The translations under genes were made by a program, and so were the position numbers. Shown here piece by piece: positions 34,235 through 47,054 of a DNA stretch of 64,000 nt (its first letter is position 1; every line of letters starts with the position of its first letter). Under the pieces are notes generated by a model, which did not search any database, was not told where the DNA came from, and worked only from the letters and a program-made list of their open reading frames with translations. The stretch comes from Macrostomum hystrix (Eukaryota > Animalia > Platyhelminthes), in the NCBI GenBank assembly GCA_950097015.1, contig CATNEN010000037.1:1054001-1118000 (forward strand). The letters are read 5' to 3'.

Positions 34235-34945
34235 TGTCCACAGTCTCATCTCTCCGCTGTCTCATCTCTCCCCTGTCTCATCTCTCCCCTGTCTCATCTC
34301 TCCCCTGTCTCATCTCTCCCTTGACTCATCTCTCCCGTGTCTCATCTCTCCCGTGTCTCATCTCTCCCCTGTCTCATCTCTCCCCTGTCTCATCTCTCCC
34401 TTGACTCATCTCTCCGCTGTCTCATCTCTCCCTTGTCTCATCTCTCCCCTGTCTCATCTCTCCCCTGTCTCATCTCTCCCTTGACTCATCTCTCCGCTGT
34501 CTCATCTCTCCCTTGACTCATCTCTCCCTTGACTCATCTCTCCCTTGACTCATCTCTCCCCTGTCTCATCTCTCCCCTGTCTCATCTCTCCCCTGTCTCA
34601 TCTCTCCCCTGTCTCATCTCTCCCCTGTCTCATCTCTCCCCTGTCTCATCTCTCCCCTGTCTCATCTCTCCCCTGTCACATCTCTCCCTTGTCTCATCTC
34701 TCCCTTGACTCATCTCTCCCCTGTCTCATCTCTCCCTTGTCTCATCTCTCCGCTGTCTCATCTCTCGCTTGACTCATCTCTCCCTTGACTCATCTCTCCG
34801 CTGTCTCATCTCTCCCTTGTCTCATCTCTCCCTTGTCTCATCTCTCCCTTGTCTCATCTCTCTTCGGTCTCGTCTCTCCGCTGTCTCTTTCCTGTCTCAT
34901 CTCTCCCTTGTCTCATCTCTCCCTTGTCTCTTCACAGCCTCATCT
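34235..34945. repeat. 16-bp pyrimidine-rich minisatellite (TGTCTCATCTCTCCCC)
   Basis: About 44 copies. Confidence 0.94.
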
Positions 34946-35944
34946 CACCCCTATATCATGCCCTTATATCTATTTATCCCTGTCTCGTCTGTAACTATCT
35001 CTGGATAGTGTTTTAGGCGGCGAAGAAGAAAACTTTTTAAGCGTGACTACTTTGAGGAAAACACCGGGGTGCGGCATTTTCTAGGTGTCTAGAAAATTCT
35101 TTGCTTATTATTCTGGAATATTTTTTCTTAAGCTGAGTCACACTCGCGTGGTCACAATTTACCGCGGCACATTCAGGTGTGTTTGCTCAAGTTGTGCCTC
35201 ATCTTGACCCGAAACTATAGGAAGAGGAATGGGTGCGTAGGGAGGCTAAGTGGAATAAATTTAACGGCACACACACAACAGAGGTGGCGATGCAAGTCAT
35301 TTTGATGAAGCACATCTTATAGGCTAGGCTTAGCTGTATATATTTTTTTTCGCTTGTAAATTCATCACGATCGATGCGTTACGTAATCATCAATAAAAAT
35401 GCACGCCGCATTGGCCTATTGAGTTGATTGACTCAAGCATCGAATTATGAGCTTGTGTAACTGGTTCTCTGGATTAGAATACTGGATGAATGAAAATATA
35501 TTGTTTCATTGTTCTATCTGAATCATGTTCTGTGTCGCATGATTTGTCAACTTGATGAGATACGGTCGGAAAACTAGAGGTGTGAATTCTCATTGTTTCA
35601 TTTGCGGTGCATGAACAGTAGAAATACCAGGGGGTATTTCAAATACCCACATTTTTCTTTTTCCTGCATCTCCCAAAACATTCAACCAATCGCCATGGAA
35701 ATCCAGAACGCGGGCTCAAATTTTCCACGCTATCCGATGAAACAACTTCCAGAATCCCAAAGCATCGGCATCGTCGAGATGTTCAACGATTCTCGTCGGC
35801 GTGTCTCGTGACAAAAGCCATGCACCAATGCAGGCATATTTTTTCTGCTCAAATATATTTTTCGTGTAATCATGTCGGCTACCTGTGTTGACTATAATCA
35901 TAATAATTGCGGGAGGGCTGCGGGCAGTGGCACATCATTTAGTG

Positions 35945-36225
35945 ACACTAGACCCGCAGCCAGCGAGGATGCAATTCTGCTCATCTCGCTGACTCCTAAG
36001 CACACACGCACACACAGGTGTGTACATCTGCCCTGACTTTCTCATCGTCAGGCAGTGTACACTCTCACTGTGCCTTGGAGGTTGGCCCTCAAGGGTGTAA
36101 ATTGCACGACAAGCCCCCCAAGCCTTCTCTCCGCGGCTGCGCCCCAAATAAATGTGGCCTCGCCGTGGAATCGAACTCAGGGACCGTGGTGCGAGAGGCA
36201 AACGCGTTAACCGCTCTGCCACCGA
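35945..36225 (-). mobile_element. tRNA-derived SINE family B
   Basis: Minus-strand head GGTGGCAGAGCGGTTAAC...GAGTTCGATTCC (A/B boxes); the first ~125 bp match 61466-61593. Confidence 0.78.
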
Positions 36226-36552
36226 CCCCCCTAAACCCCCCTATTATTATTATGATTTACTGTTGACTATCAGGATTGATTAAAAAAGATAATTTTTCAG
36301 TTTTTGAACCAACATGGGTTCGCCAAAGTTCACGTGTTTCTACTGTTAAGCACAAGTGCATTTAGGGTTAGGGATTCACCCTCAAACCAGCCAGCCAATG
36401 AAATTCGTTGGCCAATCGTTCGCATTCAGTTGAATTATTACTCAAGCTAATAAGGTTCGCTCTTATTATTTTGGACAAGAAATTAACGGACGATACATAA
36501 AAAACTCAAAAGAACCGCTAAGGATCACAATTTTACACGATTTATTCTGGAA

Positions 36553-36672
36553 ATGCCTCATTTGGCAGTGTTAAAATGTCAGAAAAATTTTTGTAGAATT
36601 TTTAAAGAATTGCAGCTAACGTGCTTTTTAACTGCAGCAACTCTACTGTTGACTAGCTTTCGATGCTTTGCT

Positions 36673-36719
<47 letters not shown>

Positions 36720-36805
36720 GGAGCAGATTCTGAGAAATCTACTTTTCAGTTATCAGCGAAACACTCAAATTGTGATTGATCAAGAGAGCAGGCAGCACTA
36801 TCAAA
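36553..36805 (+). CDS. EVA-1-like SUEL-lectin membrane protein, exon 1 (signal peptide + poly-Q); join(36553-36805,42361-42572,53512-53635,54001-54312,54470-54655,55092-55181,57385-58106), 632 aa
   Basis: ATG at 36553; hydrophobic LTCFLTAATLLLTSFRCFA followed by Q15; donor A|GTAAGT (phase 1), compatible with 42361. The start and any additional exons in the 5.5-kb intron are uncertain. Confidence 0.55.
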
Positions 36806-36840
36806 GTAAGTTAAAAATCAGTTCGCTCTGATCAGTAATC

Positions 36841-37135
36841 CAGTGACTGCGAGGTAGGCTAGTGACTGCGAGGTAGGCTAGTGACTGCGAGGTAGGCTAG
36901 TGACTGCGAGGTAGGCTAGTGACTGCGAGGTAGGCTAGTGACTGCGAGGTAGGCTAGTGACTGCGAGGTAGGCTAGTGACTGCGAGGTAGGCTAGTGACT
37001 GCGAGGTAGGCTAGTGACTGCGAGGTAGGCTAGTGACTGCGAGGTAGGCTAGTGACTGCGAGGTAGGCTAGTGACTGCGAGGTAGGCTAGTGACTGCGAG
37101 GTAGGCTAGTGACTGCGAGGTAGGCTAGTGACTGT
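36841..37135. repeat. 19-bp minisatellite (GTGACTGCGAGGTAGGCTA)
   Basis: About 15 copies; recurs at 37330-37350 and 37408-37515. Confidence 0.95.
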
Positions 37136-39958
37136 GATGGGTGGAGTGTGAGGTGGGCACAGAGAGTGTGATGGGTGGAGAGTGAGGTGGGCACAGAGAG
37201 TGTGATGGGTGGAGTGTGAGGTGGGCACAGAGAGTGTGATGGGTGGAGTGTGAGGTGGGCACAGAGAGTGTGATGGGTGGAGTGTGAGGTTGGCACAGTG
37301 ACTGTGATGGGTGGAGTGTGAGGTGGGCTAGTGACTGCGAGGTAGGCTAGTGGCCTCCTCGCTGCGTCCGTCATGGAGGCTCCCTGCCGCTAAGTCAAAG
37401 TAAGTCAGAGGTAGGCTAGTGACTGCGAGGTAGGCTAGTGACTGCGAGGTAGGCTAGTGACTGTAAGGTAGGCTAGTGACTGCGAGGTAGGCTAGTGACT
37501 GCAAGGTAGGCTAGTGACTGTGATGGGTGGAGTGTGAGGTGGGCACAGAGAGTGTGATGGGTGGAGAGTGAGGTGGGCACAGAGAGTGTGATGGGTGGAG
37601 TGTGAGGTGGGCACAGAGAGTGTGATGGGTGGAGTGTGAGGTGGGCACAGAGAGTGTGATGGGTGGAGTGTGAGGTGGGCACAGTGACTGTGATGGGTGG
37701 AGTGTGAGGTGGGCTAGTGACTGTGATGGGTGGAGTGTGAGGTAGGCTAGTGACTGTGATGGGTGGAGTGTGAGGTAGGCTAGTGACTGTGATGGGTGGA
37801 GTGTGAGGTGGGCTAGTGACTGTGATGGGTGGAGTGTGAGGTGGGCTAGTGACTGTGATGGGTGGAGTGTGAGGTGGGCTAGTGACTGTGATGGGTGGAG
37901 TGTGAGGTGGGCTAGTGACTGTGATGGGTGGAGTGTGAGGTGGGCTAGTGACTGTGATGGGTGGAGTGTGAGGTGGGCTAGTGACTGTGATGGGTGGAGT
38001 GTGAGGTGGGCTAGTGACTGTGATGGGTGGAGTGTGAGGTGGGCTAGTGACTGTGATGGGTGGAGTGTGAGGTGGGCTAGTGACTGTGATGGGTGGAGTG
38101 TGAGGTGGGCTAGTGACTGTGATGGGTGGAGTGTGAGGTAGGCTAGTGACTGTGTTGGGTGGAGTGTGAGGTGGGCACAGTGACTGTGATGGGTGGAGTG
38201 TGAGGTGAGCACAGTGACTGTGATGGGTGGAGTGTGAGGTAGGCTAGTGACTGTGTTGGGTGGAGTGTGAGGTGGGCACAGTGACTGTGATGGGTGGAGT
38301 GTGAGGTGAGCACAGTGACTGTGATGGGTGGAGTGTGAGGTGAGCACAGAGAGTGTGATGGGTTGAGTGTGAGGTGAGCACAGTGACTGTGATGGGTGGA
38401 GTGTGAGGTGAGCACAGTGACTGTGATGGGTGGAGTGTGAGGTGAGCACAGTGACTGTGATGGGTGGAGTGTGAGGTGAGCACAGTGACTGTGATGGGTG
38501 GAGTGTGAGGTGAGCACAGAGAGTGTGATGGGTTGAGTGTGAGGTGAGCACAGTGACTGTGATGGGTGGAGTGTGAGGTGAGCACAGTGACTGTGATGGG
38601 TGGAGTGTGAGGTGAGCACAGAGAGTGTGATGGGTTGAGTGTGAGGTGAGCACAGTGACTGTGATGGGTGGAGTGTGAGGTGAGCACAGTGACTGTGATG
38701 GGTGGAGTGTGAGGTGAGCACAGTGACTGTGATGGGTGGAGTGTGAGGTGAGCACAGTGACTGTGATGGGTGGAGTGTGAGGTGAGCACAGAGAGTGTGA
38801 TGGGTTGAGTGTGAGGTGAGCACAGTGACTGTGATGGGTGGAGTGTGAGGTGAGCACAGTGACTGTGATGGGTGGAGTGTGAGTTGGGCACAGAGAGTGT
38901 GATGGGTTGAGTGTGAGGTGAGCACAGTGACTGTGATGGGTGGAGTGTGAGGTGAGCACAGTGACTGTGATGGGTGGAGTGTGAGGTGAGCACAGTGACT
39001 GTGATGGGTGGAGTGTGATGTGAGCACAGTGACTGTGATGGGTGGAGTGTGAGGTGAGCACAGAGAGTGTGATGGGTTGAGTGTGAGGTGAGCACAGTGA
39101 GTGTGATGGGTGGAGTGTGAGGTGAGCACAGTGACTGTGATGGGTGGAGTGTGAGGTGAGCACAGAGAGTGTGATGGGTGGAGTGTGAGGTGAGCACAGT
39201 GACTGTGATGGGTGGAGTGTGATGTGAGCACAGTGACTGTGATGGGTGGAGTGTGAGGTGAGTACAGTGACTGTGATGGGTGGAGTGTGAGGTGAGCACA
39301 GTGACTGTGATGGGTGGAGTGTGATGTGAGCACAGTGACTGTGATGGGTGGAGTGTGAGGTGGGCACAGTGACTGTGATGGGTGGAGTGTGAGGTGGGCA
39401 CAGTGACTGTGATGGGTTGAGTGTGAGGTGAGCACAGTGACTGTGATGGGTGGAGTGTGAGGTGAGCACAGTGACTGTGATGGGTGGAGTGTGATGTGAG
39501 CACAGTGACTGTGATGGGTGGAGTGTGAGGTGAGCACAGAGAGTGTGATGGGTTGAGTGTGAGGTGAGCACAGTGACTGTGATGGGTGGAGTGTGAGGTG
39601 AGCACAGTGACTGTGATGGGTGGAGTGTGAGGTGAGCACAGTGACTGTGATGGGTGGAGTGTGAGGTGAGCACAGTGACTGTGATGGGTGGAGTGTGATG
39701 TGAGCACAGTGACTGTGATGGGTGGAGTGTGAGGTGAGTACAGTGACTGTGATGGGTGGAGTGTGAGGTGAGCACAGTGACTGTGATGGGTGGAGTGTGA
39801 TGTGAGCACAGTGACTGTGATGGGTGGAGTGTGAGGTGGGCACAGTGACTGTGATGGGTGGAGTGTGAGGTGGGCACAGTGACTGTGATGGGTTGAGTGT
39901 GAGGTGGGCACATAGACTGTGATGGGTGGACTGTGAGGTGGGCACAGAGAGTGTGATG
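37128..39958. repeat. 33/34-bp minisatellite (GTGACTGTGATGGGTGGAGTGTGAGGTG[GGCTA/AGCACA])
   Basis: About 80 copies; 33-bp variant at 37690-38150, 34-bp variant elsewhere. Confidence 0.95.
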
Positions 39959-40454
39959 GTAATCCCTAATAGATCTCAGGCAGACACATGACTAAAAATG
40001 CAAAGTGGTGATAAATCCCGGATCTCATATTGCCTTGTCACACACGGTGAAGTTCATTTTCTGTAGCTGGGGTCTATTAAATTCAGTGGACCAATCCATG
40101 CTGGGCTGTAGAACCATTTTCGGTGTTTTGAACAGTATTTCAGGATACGGAAAACATATCCGAGCTATGAAAAATTTATGAAAAAGACGATAGAGTTTGA
40201 GCGTCAGCAGTCGTTGCTTCCCAAAGGAAGTCGGCGATATTAGCAATTATCGCTGTTGTGAGGAAGCAACTAATTTGTATTAAAAGCTGTGCCCATGTTT
40301 CTATTAAATAAAAATGCTCTAAAACTCTTGGCGACAAAAATAGGATGAGAAAAACTGATGGGATAAGACAGAAAAGGGAAAAGAAATCCGCATAAGAGGG
40401 GAATAGGAGATTGGCGAGATCGAGAAAGGATGGATTCAGAGCGAGAAGAGACAA

Positions 40455-41600
40455 GGTGAGAGGGAGAATAGATGGGGTGAGATGGAGAATAGATGGGGTG
40501 AGAGGGAGAATAGATGGGGTGAGAGGGAGAATAGATGGGATGAGTGGGAGAATAGATGGGATGAGTGGGAGAATAGATGGGATGAGAGGGAGAATAGATG
40601 GGATTGAGTGGGAGAATAGATGGGATGAGTCGGAGAATAGATGGGATGAGTGGGAGAATAGATGGGATGAGTGGGAGAATAGATGGGATGAGTGGGAGAA
40701 TAGATGGGATGAGAGGGAGAATAGATGGGATGAGTGGGAGAATAGATGGGATGCGTGGGAGAATAGATGGGATGGGTGGGAGAATAGATGGGATGAGTGG
40801 GAGAATAGATGGGATGAGTGGGAGAATAGATGGGATGAGTGGGAGAATAGATGGGATGAGTGGGAGAATAGATGGGATGAGTGGGAGAATAGATGGGATG
40901 AGTGGGAGAATAGATGGGATGAGTGGGAGAATAGATGGGATGAGTGGGAGAATAGATGGGATGAGAGGGAGAATAGATGGGATGAGTGGGAGAATAGATG
41001 GGATGCGTGGGAGAATAGATGGGATGGGTGGGAGAATAGATGGGATGAGTGGGAGAATAGATGGGATGAGTGGGAGAATAGATGGGATGAGTGGGAGAAT
41101 AGATGGGATGAGTGGAAGAATAGATGGGATGGGTGAGAGAATAGATGGGATGAGTGGGAGAATAGATGGGATGAGTGGGAGAATAGATGGGATGAGTGGG
41201 AGAATAGATGGGATGAGTGGGAGAATAGATGGGATGAGTGGGAGAATAGATGGGATGGGTGGGAGAATAGATGGGATGAGTTGGAGAATAGATGGGATGA
41301 GTGGGAGAATAGATGGGATGAGTGGGAGAATAGATGGGATGAGTGGGAGAATAGATGGGATGAGTGGGAGAATAGATGGGATGAGTGGGAGAATAGATGG
41401 GATGAGTGGGAGAATAGATGGGGTGAGTGGGAGAATAGATGGGATGAGTGGGAGAATAGATGGGATGAGTGGGAGAATAGATGGGATGGGTGGGAGAATA
41501 GATGGGATGAGTGGGAGAATAGATGGGATGAGTGGGAGAATAGATGGGATGAGTGGGAGAATAGATGGGATGAGTGGGAGAATAGATGTGGTGAGTGGGA
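40455..41600. repeat. 21-bp purine-rich minisatellite (GAGTGGGAGAATAGATGGGAT)
   Basis: About 54 copies. Confidence 0.95.
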
Positions 41601-42084
41601 GAGGGAGAACTGATTGAGCTATGGAATCAGAGTAGTCTGAGGCAGACAACAGTTGTTTTATAAATCTTTCCTTAGACAGAAAGAAAAAAAGCATCTTTAA
41701 AAAAATGCAAAGTCTAGCCAGAAGATGACTCCAATCGGTCAGGATGTGCCAAGTGTGTCTGTCCAGTTTCCCATGACCATTGCTCTGGGGTTGCTCTGAG
41801 GTCGACCGTTCTTAAATTACTTAGTGACGACAGCTTATAGTGACTCTCGTGAACAGCTGCTTGGATCGCATCAACTGTGGCATCAGATTACTGATCCGAT
41901 GCGGATGAGTCCGCTGTTGAGAAGTTCAGAATACGAGCTAAAACAGATCGTGTCCCCGCATTTTGAAGCGAAATTTTGACAATTTGAAAGCGGTTCAAAG
42001 TGAACGGGGTGACAGCTTCTCACACCTGACTTCATCAAGATACTTTAGCAACATGTTAGCTGTACTTTTCCATTTGTAAATTAT

Positions 42085-42336
42085 GACCTCAATGAACACA
42101 TGACCTCAATGAACACATGACCTCAATTAACACATGACCTCAATGAACACATGACCTCAATGAACACATGACCTCAATGAACACATGACCTCAATGAACA
42201 CACGACCTCAATGAACACATGACCTCAATGAACACATGACCTCAATGAACACATGACCTCAATGAACACATGACCGCAATGAACACGTGACCTCAATGAA
42301 ACACATGACCTCAATGAACACATGACCTCAATGAAC
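42085..42336. repeat. 17-bp minisatellite (TGACCTCAATGAACACA)
   Basis: About 15 copies, ending 25 bp before the acceptor at 42360. Confidence 0.94.
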
Positions 42337-42360
42337 GCACCAATCGCCACATACCCACAG

Positions 42361-42572
42361 ATCTCATCGCCAGCCGTGGAGGCCGCGGCAGCAGTCGCGT
42401 CGCCCTGGCCTGCGCCCACGACCCGGCGATTCTCTCTTGCCCGGCTGGCGCACAGCTGAACGTACTGGAAGCCCAGTTTGGCCAGTTCGGCGATCCGGAC
42501 AGCCTCTGCAACCGATTCGGCGGTGGCGGAGTCAGCCAAGGAGGAAACTGCGATCTGCCCGAGGCTGCACAG
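42361..42572 (+). CDS. EVA-1-like protein, exon 2 (N-half of SUEL/Gal_lectin domain 1)
   Basis: Acceptor ATACCCACAG|AT; ACAHDPAILSCPAGAQLNVLEAQFGQFGDPDSLC...NCDLPEAAQ matches the SUEL pattern C-x6-L-x-C-P-x-G...I/V-x2-A-x-Y/F-G; donor CAG|GTGCGA (phase 0). Confidence 0.85.
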
Positions 42573-42589
42573 GTGCGATGAACTGCCAT

Positions 42590-43113
42590 TCTTACCTGTT
42601 CACCCAGCTCCCAGTCTCAACTGTTCACCCAGTTCATGTCTCACCTGTTCAACCAGTTCAAGTCTCACCTGTTCACCCAGCTCCCAGTCTCACCTGTTCA
42701 CCAAGTTCAAGTCTCAACTGTTCACCCAGTTCAAGTCTCACCTGTTCACCCAGTTCAAGTCTCACCTGTTCACCCAGTTCAAGTCTCACCTGTTCACCCA
42801 GCTCCCAGTCTCACCTGTTCACCCAGTTCAAGTCTCACCAGTTCACCCAGTTCAAGTCTCACCTGTTCACCCAGTTCAAGTCTCACCTGTTCACCCAGCT
42901 CCCAGTCTCACCTGTTCACTTAGTTCAAGTCTCACCTATTCACCCAGTTCAAGTCTCACCTGTTCACCCAGCTCCCAGTCTCACCTGTTCACCCAGTTCA
43001 AGTCTCACCTGTTCACCCAGTTCAAGTCTCACCTGTTCACCCAGTTCAAGTCTCACCTGTTCACCCAGTTCAAGTCTCACCTGTTCACCCAGTTCAAGTC
43101 TCACCTGTTCACC
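42590..43113. repeat. 24-bp minisatellite (CACCTGTTCACCCAGTTCAAGTCT)
   Basis: About 21 copies starting about 20 bp after the donor. Confidence 0.93.
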
Positions 43114-43691
43114 CGGATTGCGTATAGTACATTGTTGGCATTCAGGTCAGTTAGAATAAGTGCCCTGTAACTCGCTATAATTGAAGTGGCAATCCTGACC
43201 AACGTTAAAGCTTTCCAAGAATAGTTAATTCTCACACCAGCTCGGTTCACTCCCACATTGGTGGCCATTTCGACCCCTTAATCTTTTTCATCTCAATCTT
43301 AGCCTACCGTGAGTATTTGCCCAGCCGACCGCGACCCTTCCATTACCCGCCCCCTCCTTAGGAGTCGATTGTTGCTAGCCTGAGCAGTAGGAGGCACTTC
43401 AGTTCAACGGAACCTGTTGAAAGGCCCATTATCGGCCTGTCGCGTTGAAACGGGAAGGTTGAAGCGAAAATCGATTCGGTTATTAGAAAAAATGACGAAA
43501 AAATCCTTACCTTTTTTGTTAGGAAACCACGGCTGGAAGCATGGAAAAAGAATAAAAATCAAGCAACATATCTTTGCTCGTAGTCCAGTGGGGTGGGGTG
43601 GTTGTTAACGTCACCATTGTCCACGGACTGAACTGCTGTACACAGCCCTCGAATTGCTGTTGCAGTCAAATGAATGATGACGCAGTTGCAT

Positions 43692-45333
43692 CATGATGAT
43701 GATGGAGGGTGATGATGATGTGGGTTGCAGCTGCAGCTAAATGGATGATGATGTGGGTTGCAGCTGCAGCTAAATGGATGATGATGTGGGTTGCAGCTGC
43801 AGCTAAATGGATGATGATGTGGGTTGCAGCTGCAGCTAAATGGATGATGATGTGGGTTGCAGCTGCAGCTAAATGGATGATGATGTGGGTAGCAGTTGCA
43901 GCTAAATGGATGATGATGTGGGTTGCAGTTGCAGCTAAATGGATGATGATGTGGGTAGCAGTTGCAGCTAAATGGATGATGATGTGGGTAGCAGTTGCAG
44001 CTAAATGGATGATGATGTGGGTTGCAGCTGCAGCTAAATGGATGATGATGTGGGTTGCAGCTGCAGCTAAATGGATGATGATGTGGGTTGCAGCTGCAGC
44101 TAAATGGATGATGATGTGGGTTGCAGCTGCAGCTAAATGGATGATGATGTGGGTAGCAGTTGCAGCTAAATGGATGATGATGTGGGTTGCAGTTGCAGCT
44201 AAATGGATGATGATGTGGGTAGCAGTTGCAGCTAAATGGATGATGATGTGGGTAGCAGTTGCAGCTAAATGGATGATGATGTGGGTAGCAGTTGCAGCTA
44301 AATGGATGATGATGTGGGTTGCAGTTGCAGCTAAATGGATGATGATGTGGGTTGCAGCTGCAGCTAAATGGATGATGATGTGGGTAGCAGTTGCAGCTAA
44401 ATGGATGATGATGTGGGTAGCAGTTGCAGCTAAATGGATGATGATGTGGGTTGCAGTTGCAGCTAAATGGATGATGATGTGGGTTGCAGTTGCAGCTAAA
44501 TGGATGATGATGTGGGTTGCAGTTGCAGCTGCAGCTAAATGGATGATGATGTGGGTTGCAGTTGCAGCTGCAGCTAAATGGATGATGATGTGGGTTGCAG
44601 TTGCAGCTGCAGCTAAATGGATGATGATGTGGGTTGCAGTTGCAGCTGCAGCTAAATGGATGATGATGTGGGTTGCAGTTGCAGTTGCAGCTAAATGGAT
44701 GATGATGGGGGTTGCAGTTGCAGCTGCAGCTAAATGGATGATGATGTGGGTAGCAGTTGCAGCTGCAGCTAAATGGATGATGATGGGGGTTACAGTTGCA
44801 GCTGCAGCTAAATGGATGATGATGGGGGTTGCAGTTGCAGTTGCAGCTAAATGGATGATGATGGGGGTTGCAGTTGCAGTTGCAGCTAAATGGATGATGA
44901 TGGGGGTTGCAGTTGCAGTTGCAGCTAAATGGATGATGATGGGGGTTGCAGTTGCAGTTGCAGCTAAATGGATGATGATGTGGGTTGCAGCTGCAGCTAA
45001 ATGGATGATGATGTGGGTAGCAGTTGCAGCTGCAGCTAAATGGATGATGATGGGGGTTACAGTTGCAGCTGCAGCTAAATGGATGATGATGGGGGTTGCA
45101 GTTGCAGTTGCAGCTAAATGGATGATGATGGGGGTTGCAGTTGCAGTTGCAGCTAAATTGATGATGATGGGGGTTGCAGTTGCAGTTGCAGCTAAATGGA
45201 TGATGATGTGGGTTGCAGCTGCAGCTAAATGGATGATGATGGGGGTTGCAGTTGCAGTTGCAGCTAAATGGATGATGATGTGGGTTGCAGCTGCAGCTAA
45301 ATGGATGATGATGTGGGTTGCAGTTGCAGCTAA
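43692..45333. repeat. 33/39-bp modular minisatellite (AAATGGATGATGATGTGGGTT-[GCAGYT]2-3)
   Basis: About 46 copies; unit length changes by one hexamer along the array. Confidence 0.95.
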
Positions 45334-46024
45334 AACTAGTTATGGAGCTGAGCATAGATATGTTTTGAGTCGTTGAGATTAGCTGTTGAATGAAATGAAA
45401 GCGCTTTTGAAATCTTATTTCAACTGCTTTAGACTTTAGTCAGCGAGAGTGCCCAGCTACTGCTGGGTCTAAAGGATTTTGGGACAAAGAGAGAAATGGG
45501 GCCCACAGGAAATTTGTAGTAGCTCCAACAGTACTGGGGCAAGTGTTTTCTCTTGCAGGGGAACAATATAAAACAAAGTGCTATTAGTCAACTGGGCGCG
45601 TAAGGAGAGAAAATGTTTAAACAAAAATTTCTGCATTTAGTGAACAACCTACCCCTTCCCAATGAGCCATTAAATTGAATTCGTGTAAAGACTGAGTGGA
45701 ATAATTAGTTCAGAACTGAAAGGAAAAGTTATTTTAAACCCGTCTGATCTGGATGCGTGAGTTGCAATGGTTGTCACTCACAGGGGTAAGACGGAGAACA
45801 AGAGAATTGATATGCCTTGTCCTGTCCTGTTAGAGAAATATATCTGTAGATCTCATATCTATGAAAGATAGCTAGTAGCAATTGTTTGACAACGAGTGCT
45901 TGTTCTCAGTTGAGTTGAGTCAGCTGCGGATGCATGAGTCAGTGGCGTAGAACAAGATTGAGTTAATTTGAAGTGTTTATTCTTCTACGCTGTGGAAACT
46001 CAACTGATTAAAGAAGTGCCAGAT

Positions 46025-46672
46025 GCAGGAGAGTCAGAAGGGTAGAATCAGAAAAGGAGAGTCAGAAGGGGAGAGTCAGTAGGGGAGAGTCAGAAGAGGA
46101 GAGTCAGAAGGGGAGAGTCAGTAGGGGAGAGTCAGAAGAGGAGAGTCAGAAAGGGAGAGTCAGTAGGGGAGAGTCAGAAGGGGAGAATCAGATGGGGATA
46201 GTCAGAAGGGGAGAGTCAGAAGGGGAGAATCAGATGGGGAGAGTCAGAAGGGGAGAGTCAGTAGGGGAGAGTCAGAAGGGGAGAATCAGATGGGGAGAGT
46301 CAGAAGGGGAGAATCAGATGGGGAGAGTCAGAAGGGGAGAGTCAGTAGGGGAGAGTCAGAAGGGGAGAATCAGATGGGGAGAATCAGATGGGGAGAGTCA
46401 GAAGGGGAGAGTCAGTAGGGGAGAGTCAGAAGGGGAGAATCAGATGGGGAGAGTCAGAAGGGGAGAGTCAGTAGGGGAGAGTCAGTAGTGGAGAGTCAGA
46501 AGGGGAGAGTCAGTAGGGGAGAATCAGTAGGGGAGAGTCAGAAGGGGAGAGTCAGTAGTGGAGAGTCAGTAGGGGAGAATCAGTAGGGGAGAGTCAGTAG
46601 GGGAGAGTCAGTAGTGGAGAGTCAGTAGGGGAGAGTCAGAAGGGGAGAGTCAGAAGGGGAGAATCAGAAGGA
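46025..46672. repeat. 14-bp purine-rich minisatellite (GGGGAGAGTCAGAA / ...CAGTA / ...AATCAGAT)
   Basis: About 45 copies. Confidence 0.92.
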
Positions 46673-47022
46673 GTGGGAGAACACGGAAAGTACAGAGGAA
46701 GAAGGAATTACAACCGCTTTAAGCTTTCTGCAATGCAAAATGAAGTTCAATTAAGAAAAATGTGAAATGTGATTTGGGGTAAGTTAGGAATTTGGGAGGC
46801 AGTGAAGAGATTAGAAAGTCCAGAGGACGCTTACACAGAAAGGTGAAAAGCTTTTATAACTTTTATTTCCTATTCTCGCCATTGAGGGGGCAGAACAAAA
46901 CAGAAAAATAGTTTCGGACAGCAGCTTATGGCCGTGTCGCCATAACCAACCGTTCCAATTCACTCTATTTGAACCCGCGTTCAATCTCTTGGGCGTCAAG
47001 AAATGGCGGTGACCGCTGCAAA

Positions 47023-47054
<32 letters not shown>

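Noticed and set aside
36362-36373. TTAGGGTTAGGG as a telomeric remnant
   Set aside because: Only two units; no array.
40030-40270. Possible extra exons of the lectin gene here and at 41830-41990
   Set aside because: Short open frames lack a convincing donor/acceptor pair in phase 1-1.
37511-45376. Long repetitive ORFs (800, 600, 555, 554, 474 and 339 aa)
   Set aside because: All are translations of intronic minisatellites.
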